Shown here: positions 39,865 to 48,345 of the stretch, piece by piece
Position numbering within the stretch: the stretch's first letter is position 1
How the letters are laid out: each line of letters begins with the position of its first letter
Notes under the pieces: model-generated
The model's database searches: none
Seen by the model: only the letters and a program-made list of their open reading frames with translations
Told to the model about the DNA's origin: nothing
Position numbers and translations under genes: made by a program
Assembly: GCA_023248875.1 (NCBI GenBank)
Contig: JAHFDT010000002.1
Span: forward strand, 1 to 60,051
Source of the DNA: Myxococcales bacterium
GTDB lineage: Bacteria > Myxococcota_A > Polyangia > Palsa-1104 > SHYY01
Length of the DNA stretch: 60,051 nt
Direction of reading: 5' to 3'

Positions 39865-40315
39865 AGGTATCGGTGGTCGAAATATCATCCGAAAGTTCGT
39901 TCGAGACCGGTTCATCCGGGCGCCGGGGGAAATTTTTTTCTAGCTCCACGCCCACCGCAACCACCGCGGATTCCAGCCCTTCCCCAAGGGCGCCCCGGAC
40001 AAATGCCTCCCGCATGGCGCTCGCCGCCGCATCCCAAAACGGGACGCCCACCACCGCGTGGATCCCTGAATCGCCCAGGATGGCGAACTTGTGATCGCTC
40101 ACCGCCACATAGATGAGAACGCCGTTGTGCCGTTCGGTCGCAGTGAGGCCAAGTTTGACGAACAGGTCCTGCGCACGCACTAGCGCATCCCCCGCGCAGC
40201 GGCCTTCGACATGAACTTTGATTTGTCCAGTCGTGCGCCTCTCAGCCACCTGAATGGCGGCGATGATGCGCTGCTGTCCCTCGGGAGAAACCAGTCGATC
40301 GAGTATTTGCTTCAT
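39863..40315 (-). CDS. TPM domain protein (DUF477 / TLP18.3-Psb32-MOLO1 family)
   Basis: RRTTGQIKVHV...ERHNGVLIYVAVSDHKFAILGDSGI is typical of TPM domains; probable ATG 40315 (the ORF track uses TTG 40321). Confidence 0.8.
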   Translation of the reverse strand: MKQILDRLVSPEGQQRIIAAIQVAERRTTGQIKVHVEGRCAGDALVRAQDLFVKLGLTATERHNGVLIYVAVSDHKFAILGDSGIHAVVGVPFWDAAASAMREAFVRGALGEGLESAVVAVGVELEKNFPRRPDEPVSNELSDDISTTDT

Positions 40316-40479
40316 CACCAACTCCCACTGGCGCCGCCGCCCCCGAAGGAGCCGCCGCCGGAAAATCCGCTCCCCCCTCCGCCCGATGACCAGCCGCTGG
40401 AGCTACCCGACCAGCCGCTGGACCCCAGCCACCACCATCGCGGACGAAAGTTTTCCCATGCGCGGCAGTATACCGCCAT
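40315..40479 (-). pseudogene. 54-codon Gly/Ser/Trp-rich ORF resembling the C-terminal tail of YgcG-type TPM membrane proteins (probable gene remnant)
   Basis: My own translation of the minus strand: MAVYCRAWENFRPRWWWLGSSGWSGSSSGWSSGGGGSGFSGGGSFGGGGASGSW; the stop overlaps the TPM ATG (TGATG); only 28 nt from the divergent GT1 start; below the 60-aa ORF-track cutoff. Confidence 0.45.
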
Positions 40480-40507
40480 TGCGCGCGGATGCTATCCTCG
40501 CGCTCGA

Positions 40508-41602
40508 ATGATTGGCGTCCTCGGCAACTTGGCGAATGTCGGCCATCAGTTCGCTCGCTTTCTCAGCGAGGCGGGCCATCCAGCGACCCTCCTCCTGCGC
40601 GAACGCGACCTGCCTCAATGGCGCCACTACAATCCGGAGGGCGATCCCTACCGAAACCCGCGCGTGCGGGTCGTGCCTGAGCCGCTCAAAGGGCTCAACC
40701 TCCTCTACGAAGCCTGGAGCGCCTCGCGCTGCGAGCTGTTGATTTCGATCTGCCTCGCGGGCATGCGCTACCTGCCGTTTCTCGGTCGACCTTATGTCTC
40801 CTATGCCACCGGTGCCGATCTGCGCGAGCTCGCCGGCGGCGTGGGCTATTCGGGGCTGCAGGTGCACCAGGCACGGCTCGCCTTTCGTCGGGCTCGGCTG
40901 GTCTTCTTCTCCCCCGAGCAGAGCCACATCGATATGATCCGGCGCCTCGAGTTGCGTCACGTCGTGCCGTGGCGCCAATTCGTCGATACCCGCTATTGGA
41001 GCGCGCCGCCGCCGACTGCGGGAGAGACCCTGCGGATCTTCCATCCCACCAACCACGTTTGGAAAGAGAAGTTTCCCGGGCAGGGGCTCAAGCGGAACGA
41101 GGTCGTGTTCCGCGGCTTCCGCGAGTTTCTCGATCGCGGCGGCCGCGGACGGCTGAGCTACCTACGACGAGGACAGGATGTCGTAGCCACGGAACAGCTT
41201 GTCGCCGAACTGCGGCTCGAGCCCCATGTGGAGGCCATCGGCGGAGAGCTCAACCGCGACCAGCTAAAAGAAAAGGTGCTGGCGGCCGATCTGATCGCCG
41301 ACCAATTTGGCGTCGGCACCATGGGCCTGATTGCCTTGGAAGCACTGTCGGCCTGCCGCCCGGTGATCGCCTACTTTGCCGAAGAGATGATGGCACTCGC
41401 CTATCCGCCGCCGGCCCAGGGTCCGCCGCTTTTGAACGCGCGCACGCCCGGCGAAGTGGCGGATCGTCTCCTCGAAGTTCAGGATCCTTCGCGGCTCGTC
41501 GAGCGGGCGCTGGCCGGCCGTGCCTGGATCGATCGCTATCACGCCCCGCTCGAGCTGGCGCGCTGGTACTGGAACCACATCCAGTCACGGCTCGCGCTGT
41601 GA
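40508..41602 (+). CDS. Glycosyltransferase (GT-B fold, GT1/GT4-like)
   Basis: 364 aa from ATG 40508; C-terminal ADLIADQFGVGTMGLIALEALSACRPVI resembles the GT4 E-x7-E region; the ORF-track N-terminus (40211) is Pro-rich and unlikely. Confidence 0.65.
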   Translation: MIGVLGNLANVGHQFARFLSEAGHPATLLLRERDLPQWRHYNPEGDPYRNPRVRVVPEPLKGLNLLYEAWSASRCELLISICLAGMRYLPFLGRPYVSYATGADLRELAGGVGYSGLQVHQARLAFRRARLVFFSPEQSHIDMIRRLELRHVVPWRQFVDTRYWSAPPPTAGETLRIFHPTNHVWKEKFPGQGLKRNEVVFRGFREFLDRGGRGRLSYLRRGQDVVATEQLVAELRLEPHVEAIGGELNRDQLKEKVLAADLIADQFGVGTMGLIALEALSACRPVIAYFAEEMMALAYPPPAQGPPLLNARTPGEVADRLLEVQDPSRLVERALAGRAWIDRYHAPLELARWYWNHIQSRLAL

Positions 41603-41621
41603 TATCGTTCTCGACCGAACA
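41589..41621 (+). repeat. 33-bp direct repeat, copy A (GGCTCGCGCTGTGATATCGTTCTCGACCGAACA), followed by AAGGAGG
   Basis: Identical to 43357-43389 except for one C/T; overlaps the last codons and stop of the GT1 gene and precedes the acetyltransferase ATG 41644. Confidence 0.9.
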
Positions 41622-41643
41622 GGGCACAAGGAGGCCCACGGCA

Positions 41644-42690
41644 ATGCCTCAGGTGAAGGCGATCCGCGCCACGATTCATCCCTCCGCTCGCATCGATCCG
41701 TCGGCACGCATCGTCTGCCAGGATCTGCAGGTGGACGAAGGGGCACGCATCGGCGCCGGCGTAGTGCTGCGCGGCACCCGCCTCCATTTACAGGCCGGCG
41801 CGGAGATCAAAGACGGCGCCCAGATCACCGCCATCGAAGAGTTGGCACTCGGCCAGCGCAGCGTGCTCGGACCGGGATTCCGCGGTTCCGCGCGCGCCCT
41901 GCGCATCGGGGCCTCGTTCTGGTCGACCCATCGCGTGCTGGTCGGCGGGGGCGGTTGGCAGGGGCCGGATTCGATCCTCACCGTCGGGGTTGGCACATCT
42001 TTTTTCGACGGTGCCTTCGTCAATGTCTCGGAACACGTGAGCATCGGCGATGGGTGCGCCTTGTCAGCGGATACTACGATTCTCACCCACGGCTGCTGGC
42101 AGCCGGTGCTGGAAGGCTATCCCTACCTCTTCGCACCGGTGGTGTTGGAGTCGGACGTCGTGGTCTTCGTGAAGTCGGTGGTGCTTCCCGGTGTGACCTT
42201 GCGGCGAGGCACCACGGTGGCGGTGGGTTCGGTGGTCACCAAGAGTTCTCCCGCGCATAGCCTGATCGGTGGAGTGCCGGCGCGGGTACACCGCGAGGAC
42301 ATTCGCCGCTCGATGGACGGCACCGCCCGGCTCGAGTTGGTGCGCGAGTGCATCTCCCGCTGGACCGAGACCTTGGACTGGAAGGGTGTGCAGCTGTTGG
42401 CGGCAACTGCTGACGAGTGGACGGTGGAGTGGAAAGGCCGCGTCGAGCGCGTGCATCTCGAATCGATGCAGGGCCACCCCGTTCTGCGAGTGACGGCCCA
42501 TGGTCAAGAGGTCGACCGGCTCGACTTGCACACCATGAGTTGCCACGGCACCGGCAGCGCGATCTCAGAAGACGTGCGTGACTGGCTACGGCGCAGCGGC
42601 ATGAAGGTGCTCTCGCATCGACCCTACCGACCCTTGCCACCGGCGATGCTGGCGGCGCTGACGGAACTCGAATCTAAAGAACACGCATGA
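41644..42690 (+). CDS. Left-handed beta-helix (hexapeptide-repeat) acyl/acetyltransferase with a C-terminal extension
   Basis: Start ATG 41644 after AAGGAGG; hexapeptide-like repeats (IGDGCALSADTTILTHG...VVLESDVVVFVKSVVLPGVTLRRGTTVAVGSVV). Confidence 0.75.
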   Translation: MPQVKAIRATIHPSARIDPSARIVCQDLQVDEGARIGAGVVLRGTRLHLQAGAEIKDGAQITAIEELALGQRSVLGPGFRGSARALRIGASFWSTHRVLVGGGGWQGPDSILTVGVGTSFFDGAFVNVSEHVSIGDGCALSADTTILTHGCWQPVLEGYPYLFAPVVLESDVVVFVKSVVLPGVTLRRGTTVAVGSVVTKSSPAHSLIGGVPARVHREDIRRSMDGTARLELVRECISRWTETLDWKGVQLLAATADEWTVEWKGRVERVHLESMQGHPVLRVTAHGQEVDRLDLHTMSCHGTGSAISEDVRDWLRRSGMKVLSHRPYRPLPPAMLAALTELESKEHA

Positions 42691-43337
42691 CCGGACCATG
42701 CGATTTCACCCTGCGCCACTACCGCGAGATCTTGGCCGAGGCGATCGACATGGGGTACGTGTTCTCGACGTTCGCTGCGCACGAATCGGTGCGCGCGCCC
42801 CGGCAATTTCTGATGCGACACGATATCGATCTCTCCATCGACAACTGCCTCGCAATGGCGCGCATCGAGTATGAATTGGGGATTGCCAGCACCTGGTTCG
42901 TGCGAGTCCACGCACGTTTGTATAATCCCTTCGAATATCACACCTATCGCAAGTTGCGCGAGTTCGAGACGCTGGGCCACGAGCTCGCCTTGCACTACGA
43001 ACCCGGTTATGCCGCGGCGGTCGGAGAGGACGAAGTGCGGATGGTGCGGCGGGAGAAGGCGATTCTCGAGGCAATTCTCGATCACCCGGTCGTCTCGGCC
43101 TCCGCGCACTTGCCCGGCAAGAGTGGGAAGACAGTGACCGAGGCCAATCTTGCCGATTTCGGCTTACGCTACGAAGCCTACACGGCCCGCTTCATGGAAG
43201 GCTTCAAATACCTATCCGACTCGAACGGCAAATGGCGCGAGGGGTGCGTGTGCGGCCATCTCGGTCGCCACGATCGGCTGTGCGTGTTGACGCACGGCTG
43301 GTGGTGGTTCGAGACCAGTCCAGTGGAGAACTACTAG
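42687..43337 (+). CDS. Polysaccharide deacetylase-like protein
   Basis: 216 aa; ATGA overlap; LMRHDIDLS and HYEPGY motifs recall a divergent NodB-like deacetylase family found in glycan clusters. Confidence 0.5.
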   Translation: MTGPCDFTLRHYREILAEAIDMGYVFSTFAAHESVRAPRQFLMRHDIDLSIDNCLAMARIEYELGIASTWFVRVHARLYNPFEYHTYRKLREFETLGHELALHYEPGYAAAVGEDEVRMVRREKAILEAILDHPVVSASAHLPGKSGKTVTEANLADFGLRYEAYTARFMEGFKYLSDSNGKWREGCVCGHLGRHDRLCVLTHGWWWFETSPVENY

Positions 43338-43356
43338 CGAGCACAGAACCGGCCTG

Positions 43357-43389
43357 GGCTCGCGCTGTGATATTGTTCTCGACCGAACA
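43357..43389 (+). repeat. 33-bp direct repeat, copy B, followed by AGGAGG and ATG 43400
   Basis: GGCTCGCGCTGTGATATTGTTCTCGACCGAACA lies 1768 bp downstream of copy A. Confidence 0.9.
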
Positions 43390-43399
43390 AGGAGGTGCG

Positions 43400-44296
43400 A
43401 TGCGAAACCTACTGTTTCCCCTGCTCCTGTGTACCGCCGCGGCCGCCCATGCCGGGGGCGTCGATGAGGACGATGTGCCTCCTCCGCCCCCCGCCAACGC
43501 ACCGCCCCCTGTCGGCCCGGGCATCCAGGTGGTCGCTGGCACCTACGGCCAGAATTGTCGTGCGCCCTACGGCAATGTGACCAAGTTCTTGGCGGCTGCT
43601 TGCAACGGCCAATACCAGTGCAACTACAAGGTCGACTACACGGTGATCGGCGACCCGGCCTACGGCTGCGGCAAGGACTACTTCGCCGAATGGCGCTGCA
43701 ATGGCCAGCCGCAAGTCTATCGCGCCACCGCAGCCGCCGAGGCGGGCTTCGGTTCGATGGTAAATCTCGCCTGTCCAGGAGCGGCGCCCTCCTACCCGCC
43801 AGCCGTGGCCACTCCGCCGCCCAGCTATCCGCCGCCCGGCTATCCACCACCCGGCTATCCACCGCCTACCTATGCCCCTGCGCCGGTCTACGTGCCTCCG
43901 CCGCAGCCAGTCTATGGGGCCCTCGCGGCCCCGCAACAGTTCGTCTACCAGCCACGCTGGCGCCTCTTCTCGTCGGGGCTGAGCCTCTTTCTCATCAGCT
44001 ATCTCATGGACATCTCGGTCACCTATGGGATGGACCACCACCCGGCCGACAAGTCGCTGATCCCCATCGCTGGACCGATCATGCAGATGTCCGACTCCTT
44101 CAGCTCCGAGTACGCCAACACCGCCAAGGCCTGGTTGGGCCTGGATTTCGTCGGGCAGCTCGCCGGATTGACGATGGCAATTCTCGGGCTGTCGGTGTGG
44201 CAAAAAGTACCGGTCGCGCGCTATGGGGAGCGGCCTGCACCTCGGTTGACCCTCGTCCCTCTTCGCCATGGTTCGATGCTTTCCGTTTCATTCTAG
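43400..44296 (+). CDS. Exported SUEL/rhamnose-binding-lectin-like domain protein with Pro/Tyr-rich linker and C-terminal multi-TM domain
   Basis: Signal peptide MRNLLFPLLLCTAAAAHA; AGTYGQNC...CNGQYQCNYKV...IGDPAYGCGKDYFAEWRC fits the SUEL lectin Cys pattern; PPSYPPPGYPPPGYPPPTY linker; C-terminal TM helices. Confidence 0.6.
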   Translation: MRNLLFPLLLCTAAAAHAGGVDEDDVPPPPPANAPPPVGPGIQVVAGTYGQNCRAPYGNVTKFLAAACNGQYQCNYKVDYTVIGDPAYGCGKDYFAEWRCNGQPQVYRATAAAEAGFGSMVNLACPGAAPSYPPAVATPPPSYPPPGYPPPGYPPPTYAPAPVYVPPPQPVYGALAAPQQFVYQPRWRLFSSGLSLFLISYLMDISVTYGMDHHPADKSLIPIAGPIMQMSDSFSSEYANTAKAWLGLDFVGQLAGLTMAILGLSVWQKVPVARYGERPAPRLTLVPLRHGSMLSVSF

Positions 44297-45577
44297 TTGT
44301 TGCGCTTTGGCCCACTGCTCGTAACCGCGTCTGCATTGGCCGCTTTGCCCCCTTTACCCGCAATTCAGCCGACACCGATCCACACGGTGGAAGTCATCGC
44401 CCACGAAGCGCCGATTGTGTCTCGCCCATGGCCTTCGCAGCTCGAGGGTACGGCCGAGCATGGCGCACGCCTCGGAGTGCGCGGGCTCGTGGTGCGTTCG
44501 CTGCGCCATCGCCCCCAAGAGACTTGGTACGCGGTCGCGCCCTTGGGTTTCGTCGATGCCAAACTCGTGCAGCCGGTCGCCGCGCCGCCCGCGTCGCCGC
44601 CCTCATTGCCAGTTCGTTACCTCCAGGTAATCAGCGAGCAGCGGCTCCCCCTCTACCCTTCACGCGCCGAGCTCGAGCAGGCGGCACCGCCCGAACGGCT
44701 GCTCGGTCGGGGCGATACGCTGGTCGCAGCATCTGCCTTTTCCTGGCACGACCACGACTACTGGCTCTCCCTCGATAGAAAGGTGTTGCCGCAGGCGGGT
44801 ACGGTCGAGATCCATGAGCCCAGCCAGTGGCAGGGCCTCCTGCTTCGTCCCGCGGATCGATTGCCCTTCGGCTGGGCGACGAGCGATGGCACTCCCACCT
44901 TTCGTCGCCCCGGAGATCCCACCCCGATAGCACGGCTCGCACGGCGTGAGCGAGTCCGCATTGTGGGCGAACGCAAGCTCGGTGCGAAGCGTTGGCTCCG
45001 CATCGCCACCGGCGGCTGGGTCGACGGGGAGGCGATCGCGGAAGTGCGGCGTGTCGAGCGACCACGCACCGGTCAATGGATCGATGTCGATGTGGCGGAG
45101 CAGGTGCTGGTCGCTTATGCGGGAGCGCGTCCGAGTTTTGCTACGTTAATTTCGTCGGGTCGCGATGGCACCACGCCGCTCGGCGTCTATCCCATTTGGG
45201 CCAAGGCACGATCGATCACGATGAAGAGCCAGCCCTACGACAAGACGACCTACTTTGCCGACCGCGTACCTTGGGCGCTCTTTTTTCAGTGGCACAATGC
45301 GCTTCACGGCGCCTACTGGCACGATCGCTTTGGCCAGGAGAAGACGCGTGGATGCATCAATCTCGCGCCCTTCGACGCGCGCTGGCTGTTCGAATGGATC
45401 GCGCCACCGCTACCACTCGGTTGGGACGGTCTACAGCGGCGTGACCTCGATCGATCGCCAGTGGTCGTAGTGAGAGATTCCCGTCGGAAGGGCCCGCTGC
45501 CGCAGGATCGCCCGATCGGGCCACCGCAGCCGGCGGTGGAGCGACGGCTCATCGAAGAGGCCGCGGTGAAACGGTGA
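44297..45577 (+). CDS. L,D-transpeptidase (YkuD) family protein with an N-terminal SH3-like/unknown region
   Basis: C-terminal catalytic motif HGAYWHDRFGQEKTRGCINL (His...Cys); TTG start directly after the upstream stop, so the start is uncertain. Confidence 0.8.
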   Translation: MLRFGPLLVTASALAALPPLPAIQPTPIHTVEVIAHEAPIVSRPWPSQLEGTAEHGARLGVRGLVVRSLRHRPQETWYAVAPLGFVDAKLVQPVAAPPASPPSLPVRYLQVISEQRLPLYPSRAELEQAAPPERLLGRGDTLVAASAFSWHDHDYWLSLDRKVLPQAGTVEIHEPSQWQGLLLRPADRLPFGWATSDGTPTFRRPGDPTPIARLARRERVRIVGERKLGAKRWLRIATGGWVDGEAIAEVRRVERPRTGQWIDVDVAEQVLVAYAGARPSFATLISSGRDGTTPLGVYPIWAKARSITMKSQPYDKTTYFADRVPWALFFQWHNALHGAYWHDRFGQEKTRGCINLAPFDARWLFEWIAPPLPLGWDGLQRRDLDRSPVVVVRDSRRKGPLPQDRPIGPPQPAVERRLIEEAAVKR

Positions 45578-45624
45578 CCTCCTCCTACTTGATTAAGGTA
45601 TCGCCTCGCCTATGCTTCTGAGCC

Positions 45625-46935
45625 ATGCGATTGGGAGTCATCGGAACTGGGTACGTCGGACTGGTGGCGGGCGCCGGCTTTGCCGATTTTGGTAACGAGG
45701 TGGTCTGTGCCGACCTCGATGCCGAGCGGATCGCCCAGCTGGCGCGTGGCGAACTGCCGATCTATGAGCCGGGACTCGACCGGTTGGTCGCGAGAAATGT
45801 CCACGAGGGTCGGCTGGCTTTCACTACGGCGATCCACGATGCGGTGAGTGGGGCGGAAGTGGTGCTCATCGCCGTCGGGACTCCGGCGGCTGCCGACGGC
45901 TCGGCCGATCTGCGCCACGTGCTCTCGGCGGCCGAGATGATCGGACGGGCCCTCAAGAATTACGCCGTCGTGGTGACCAAGAGCACTGTGCCCGTCGGAA
46001 CGTCGGCTCGCATCCGCGAAGCAATTGGTCACGTGACCGACGTGGCCTTTTCCGTGGCCGCCAACCCGGAGTTCTTGAAGGAGGGCGATGCGGTCAACGA
46101 CTTCATGAAGCCCGATCGCATTATCATCGGCACCGATGATGAGCGCGCGGGAGAGGTGCTGCGCGCGCTGTATGCACCCTTTGTGCGCACCAACGACCGC
46201 ATCCTGTTCATGGACGCTCGCTCGGCCGAGCTGACCAAGTATGCGGCCAATGCCTTCCTGGCGATGCGCGTCTCCTTCATGAACGACCTCGCCAACCTTT
46301 GCGATCGCCTGGGTACTGACATCGAACCGGTGCGGCGTGGAATGGGCATGGATCCCCGGATCGGCTCGAAATTTCTGTTTCCGGGCATCGGTTACGGTGG
46401 GTCTTGCTTTCCGAAGGATGTTCAAGCGCTCATGGCCACCGCTCGTGAGACCGGCGGCGCGCTCGAGATCTTGGATGCGGTTCACCGCGTCAACGAGCGG
46501 CAGAAAGGGATCTTGGCGGAGAAGATCGCAGCGCATTATGGCCCCCGTCTGCGCGGGCGAACCCTGGCCCTGTGGGGGCTCTCGTTCAAACCTGGAACGG
46601 ACGATGTGCGCGAGGCGCCGTCGATTCGCCTGATCGAACGATTGCTCGAGGAGGGGGTGAGGGTGCGCGCTTTCGATCCGGTGGCGAACCGTGCCATCCG
46701 TGATCGCTTCGGTCAGCAGATCGAGCTGTGCGAGAACAATTACGAGGCGGCCGAGGGGGCCGACGGATTGGCGCTGCTCACCGAATGGCACGAGTTTCGC
46801 CGCCCCAATTTTCAGAAACTGAAGCAGTTACTCATCGAGCCGGTACTGTTCGATGGACGCAATGCTTGGGACCCGAAGGAGCTGCGCGCGTCGGGATTTA
46901 CCTATTATGGGATTGGTCGCCCGTCCATCTCGTGA
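45625..46935 (+). CDS. ugd: UDP-glucose 6-dehydrogenase
   Basis: MRLGVIGTGYVGLV...GGSCFPKDV catalytic Cys motif; 436 aa. Confidence 0.92.
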   Translation: MRLGVIGTGYVGLVAGAGFADFGNEVVCADLDAERIAQLARGELPIYEPGLDRLVARNVHEGRLAFTTAIHDAVSGAEVVLIAVGTPAAADGSADLRHVLSAAEMIGRALKNYAVVVTKSTVPVGTSARIREAIGHVTDVAFSVAANPEFLKEGDAVNDFMKPDRIIIGTDDERAGEVLRALYAPFVRTNDRILFMDARSAELTKYAANAFLAMRVSFMNDLANLCDRLGTDIEPVRRGMGMDPRIGSKFLFPGIGYGGSCFPKDVQALMATARETGGALEILDAVHRVNERQKGILAEKIAAHYGPRLRGRTLALWGLSFKPGTDDVREAPSIRLIERLLEEGVRVRAFDPVANRAIRDRFGQQIELCENNYEAAEGADGLALLTEWHEFRRPNFQKLKQLLIEPVLFDGRNAWDPKELRASGFTYYGIGRPSIS

Positions 46936-46947
46936 TCTAACGACAGC

Positions 46948-48339
46948 CTAGCGCGCACCCGCCGCGGGAACCGACATCTTCTTGGGGCCGAGTAGCTGCT
47001 CGTAGGTACGCTCCGCTTTCTGGCGAAGTGCCTCAGCGATCAGCGTCCTGACTTCGCGCGGATGGCGAAAGTAATTGCGATGGAGCGCCGCATCCTCGGC
47101 GTAGGCCCGTAGCACTTCGGACTGACTCCATTCCGTTGGAAACGGCGTGTAGGTGAGCGGGGCTTCTCGCAGCCACCACTCGGTGAAGCCATAACGGCTG
47201 TGATTCTGCTCGTAGATCGGGGTGCCGGGGTAGGGAACCAACACACCGCGGGCATTGAAGAGGGCTCCCGCTTGGCCGGCACGCTCGAGAAAAGCGATGG
47301 CGCGCTCAAGTTCTCGAGGCGTCTCTTCGGGCCAGCCGAACATGAGATTCACCACGATGTGCAGCCCTGCCTCACGGCACCAGTCGATCACCTGATAGAC
47401 GCGCTCGACGGTGACGCCCTTGCCGATGCAGAGCAGGCGTTCGGGATCGGCACTCTCCATCCCGATATCGATGCCGCCGCAACCGGCTCGTTTCATGTGC
47501 CGAAGGGTCGCGGGATCCAGGTGGGCGGGATGGGCAGTGCAGCTCCAGCCGATCCGGCCCACTCGAGCCAGTGCTTCGCCCAGCTCCTCCATCCGGCGAC
47601 GACCGACGGCAAAGGAGTCGTCAAAGAAGACGAAGGCCTGAGCACCATACTGTTCGTGGAGCGCACGCACCTCCTCAGCCACCGACTGCGCGCTGCGGTA
47701 GCGAAAGCGACGACCGGTGACATCGTTGGAGCAGAAGGTGCAGGCAGCTGGGCACCCGCGGCTCGAAAGCAGGCCGCCGTATGGAATGGGCTGTGCTGCG
47801 CCGTACCAAGTAGGGTCGAAGTGATGCAACGCGGAGAGGGGCGAGGCCAGGGAATCGAGATCGAGGATAAAGTTACGCGGTGGATTGATCTTCATGGCGC
47901 CATCGCTGCATAGAAAGAGGAGTCCGGGGATGGTGTCGAAGCGACGTCGGCCATCGAGCGCATCGGCGAGCTCGCACAGGGTCTCATCGCCTTCCCCACG
48001 GAGCGAATAGCGAAATCCGTGCGCCAGCGGTTCGATCGGTACGACCGTCGGGTGAGGGCCACCCGCACAGAGGGGCCAGCGTTGGGAGAGGCGACGGGCG
48101 AGGGCGTAGGCCGGCTGAACGTGCAATGTCTTGATGTGCAGGCCGACGAGATCGGGTGCAAAAGCGGCAATGGTCTGCTCTATCCCTTCGGGATCGGTCA
48201 GTGCGTGGCTAGCGGAAGCGTCCAGGAGCGCCACGGCATGGCCCGCGCGCTCGAGAGCTGCCGCAAGATAGCCGAAGGCCAAAAGCGGTGTGCGCACCGG
48301 CTCAGGCGAGGGGGGATTGAGGAGAAAAACCCGTGCCAC
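46948..48339 (-). CDS. B12-binding-domain radical SAM enzyme (class B-like)
   Basis: 463 aa; N-terminal Rossmann-like cobalamin-binding region; CPAACTFC Cx3Cx2C motif; no recognisable subfamily by eye. Confidence 0.8.
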   Translation of the reverse strand: MARVFLLNPPSPEPVRTPLLAFGYLAAALERAGHAVALLDASASHALTDPEGIEQTIAAFAPDLVGLHIKTLHVQPAYALARRLSQRWPLCAGGPHPTVVPIEPLAHGFRYSLRGEGDETLCELADALDGRRRFDTIPGLLFLCSDGAMKINPPRNFILDLDSLASPLSALHHFDPTWYGAAQPIPYGGLLSSRGCPAACTFCSNDVTGRRFRYRSAQSVAEEVRALHEQYGAQAFVFFDDSFAVGRRRMEELGEALARVGRIGWSCTAHPAHLDPATLRHMKRAGCGGIDIGMESADPERLLCIGKGVTVERVYQVIDWCREAGLHIVVNLMFGWPEETPRELERAIAFLERAGQAGALFNARGVLVPYPGTPIYEQNHSRYGFTEWWLREAPLTYTPFPTEWSQSEVLRAYAEDAALHRNYFRHPREVRTLIAEALRQKAERTYEQLLGPKKMSVPAAGAR

Positions 48340-48345
48340 AGCGGA

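Noticed and set aside
40969-42690. 573-aa ORF read as a single protein
   Set aside because: The first 225 or so residues are Arg/Pro-rich and overlap the GT1 gene in another frame. A good AAGGAGG-ATG start at 41644 begins the hexapeptide-repeat acetyltransferase. The same logic applies to the extended ORF-track starts at 3427, 25866-26783, 27355-29100, 36854, 38056, 40211 and 43232.
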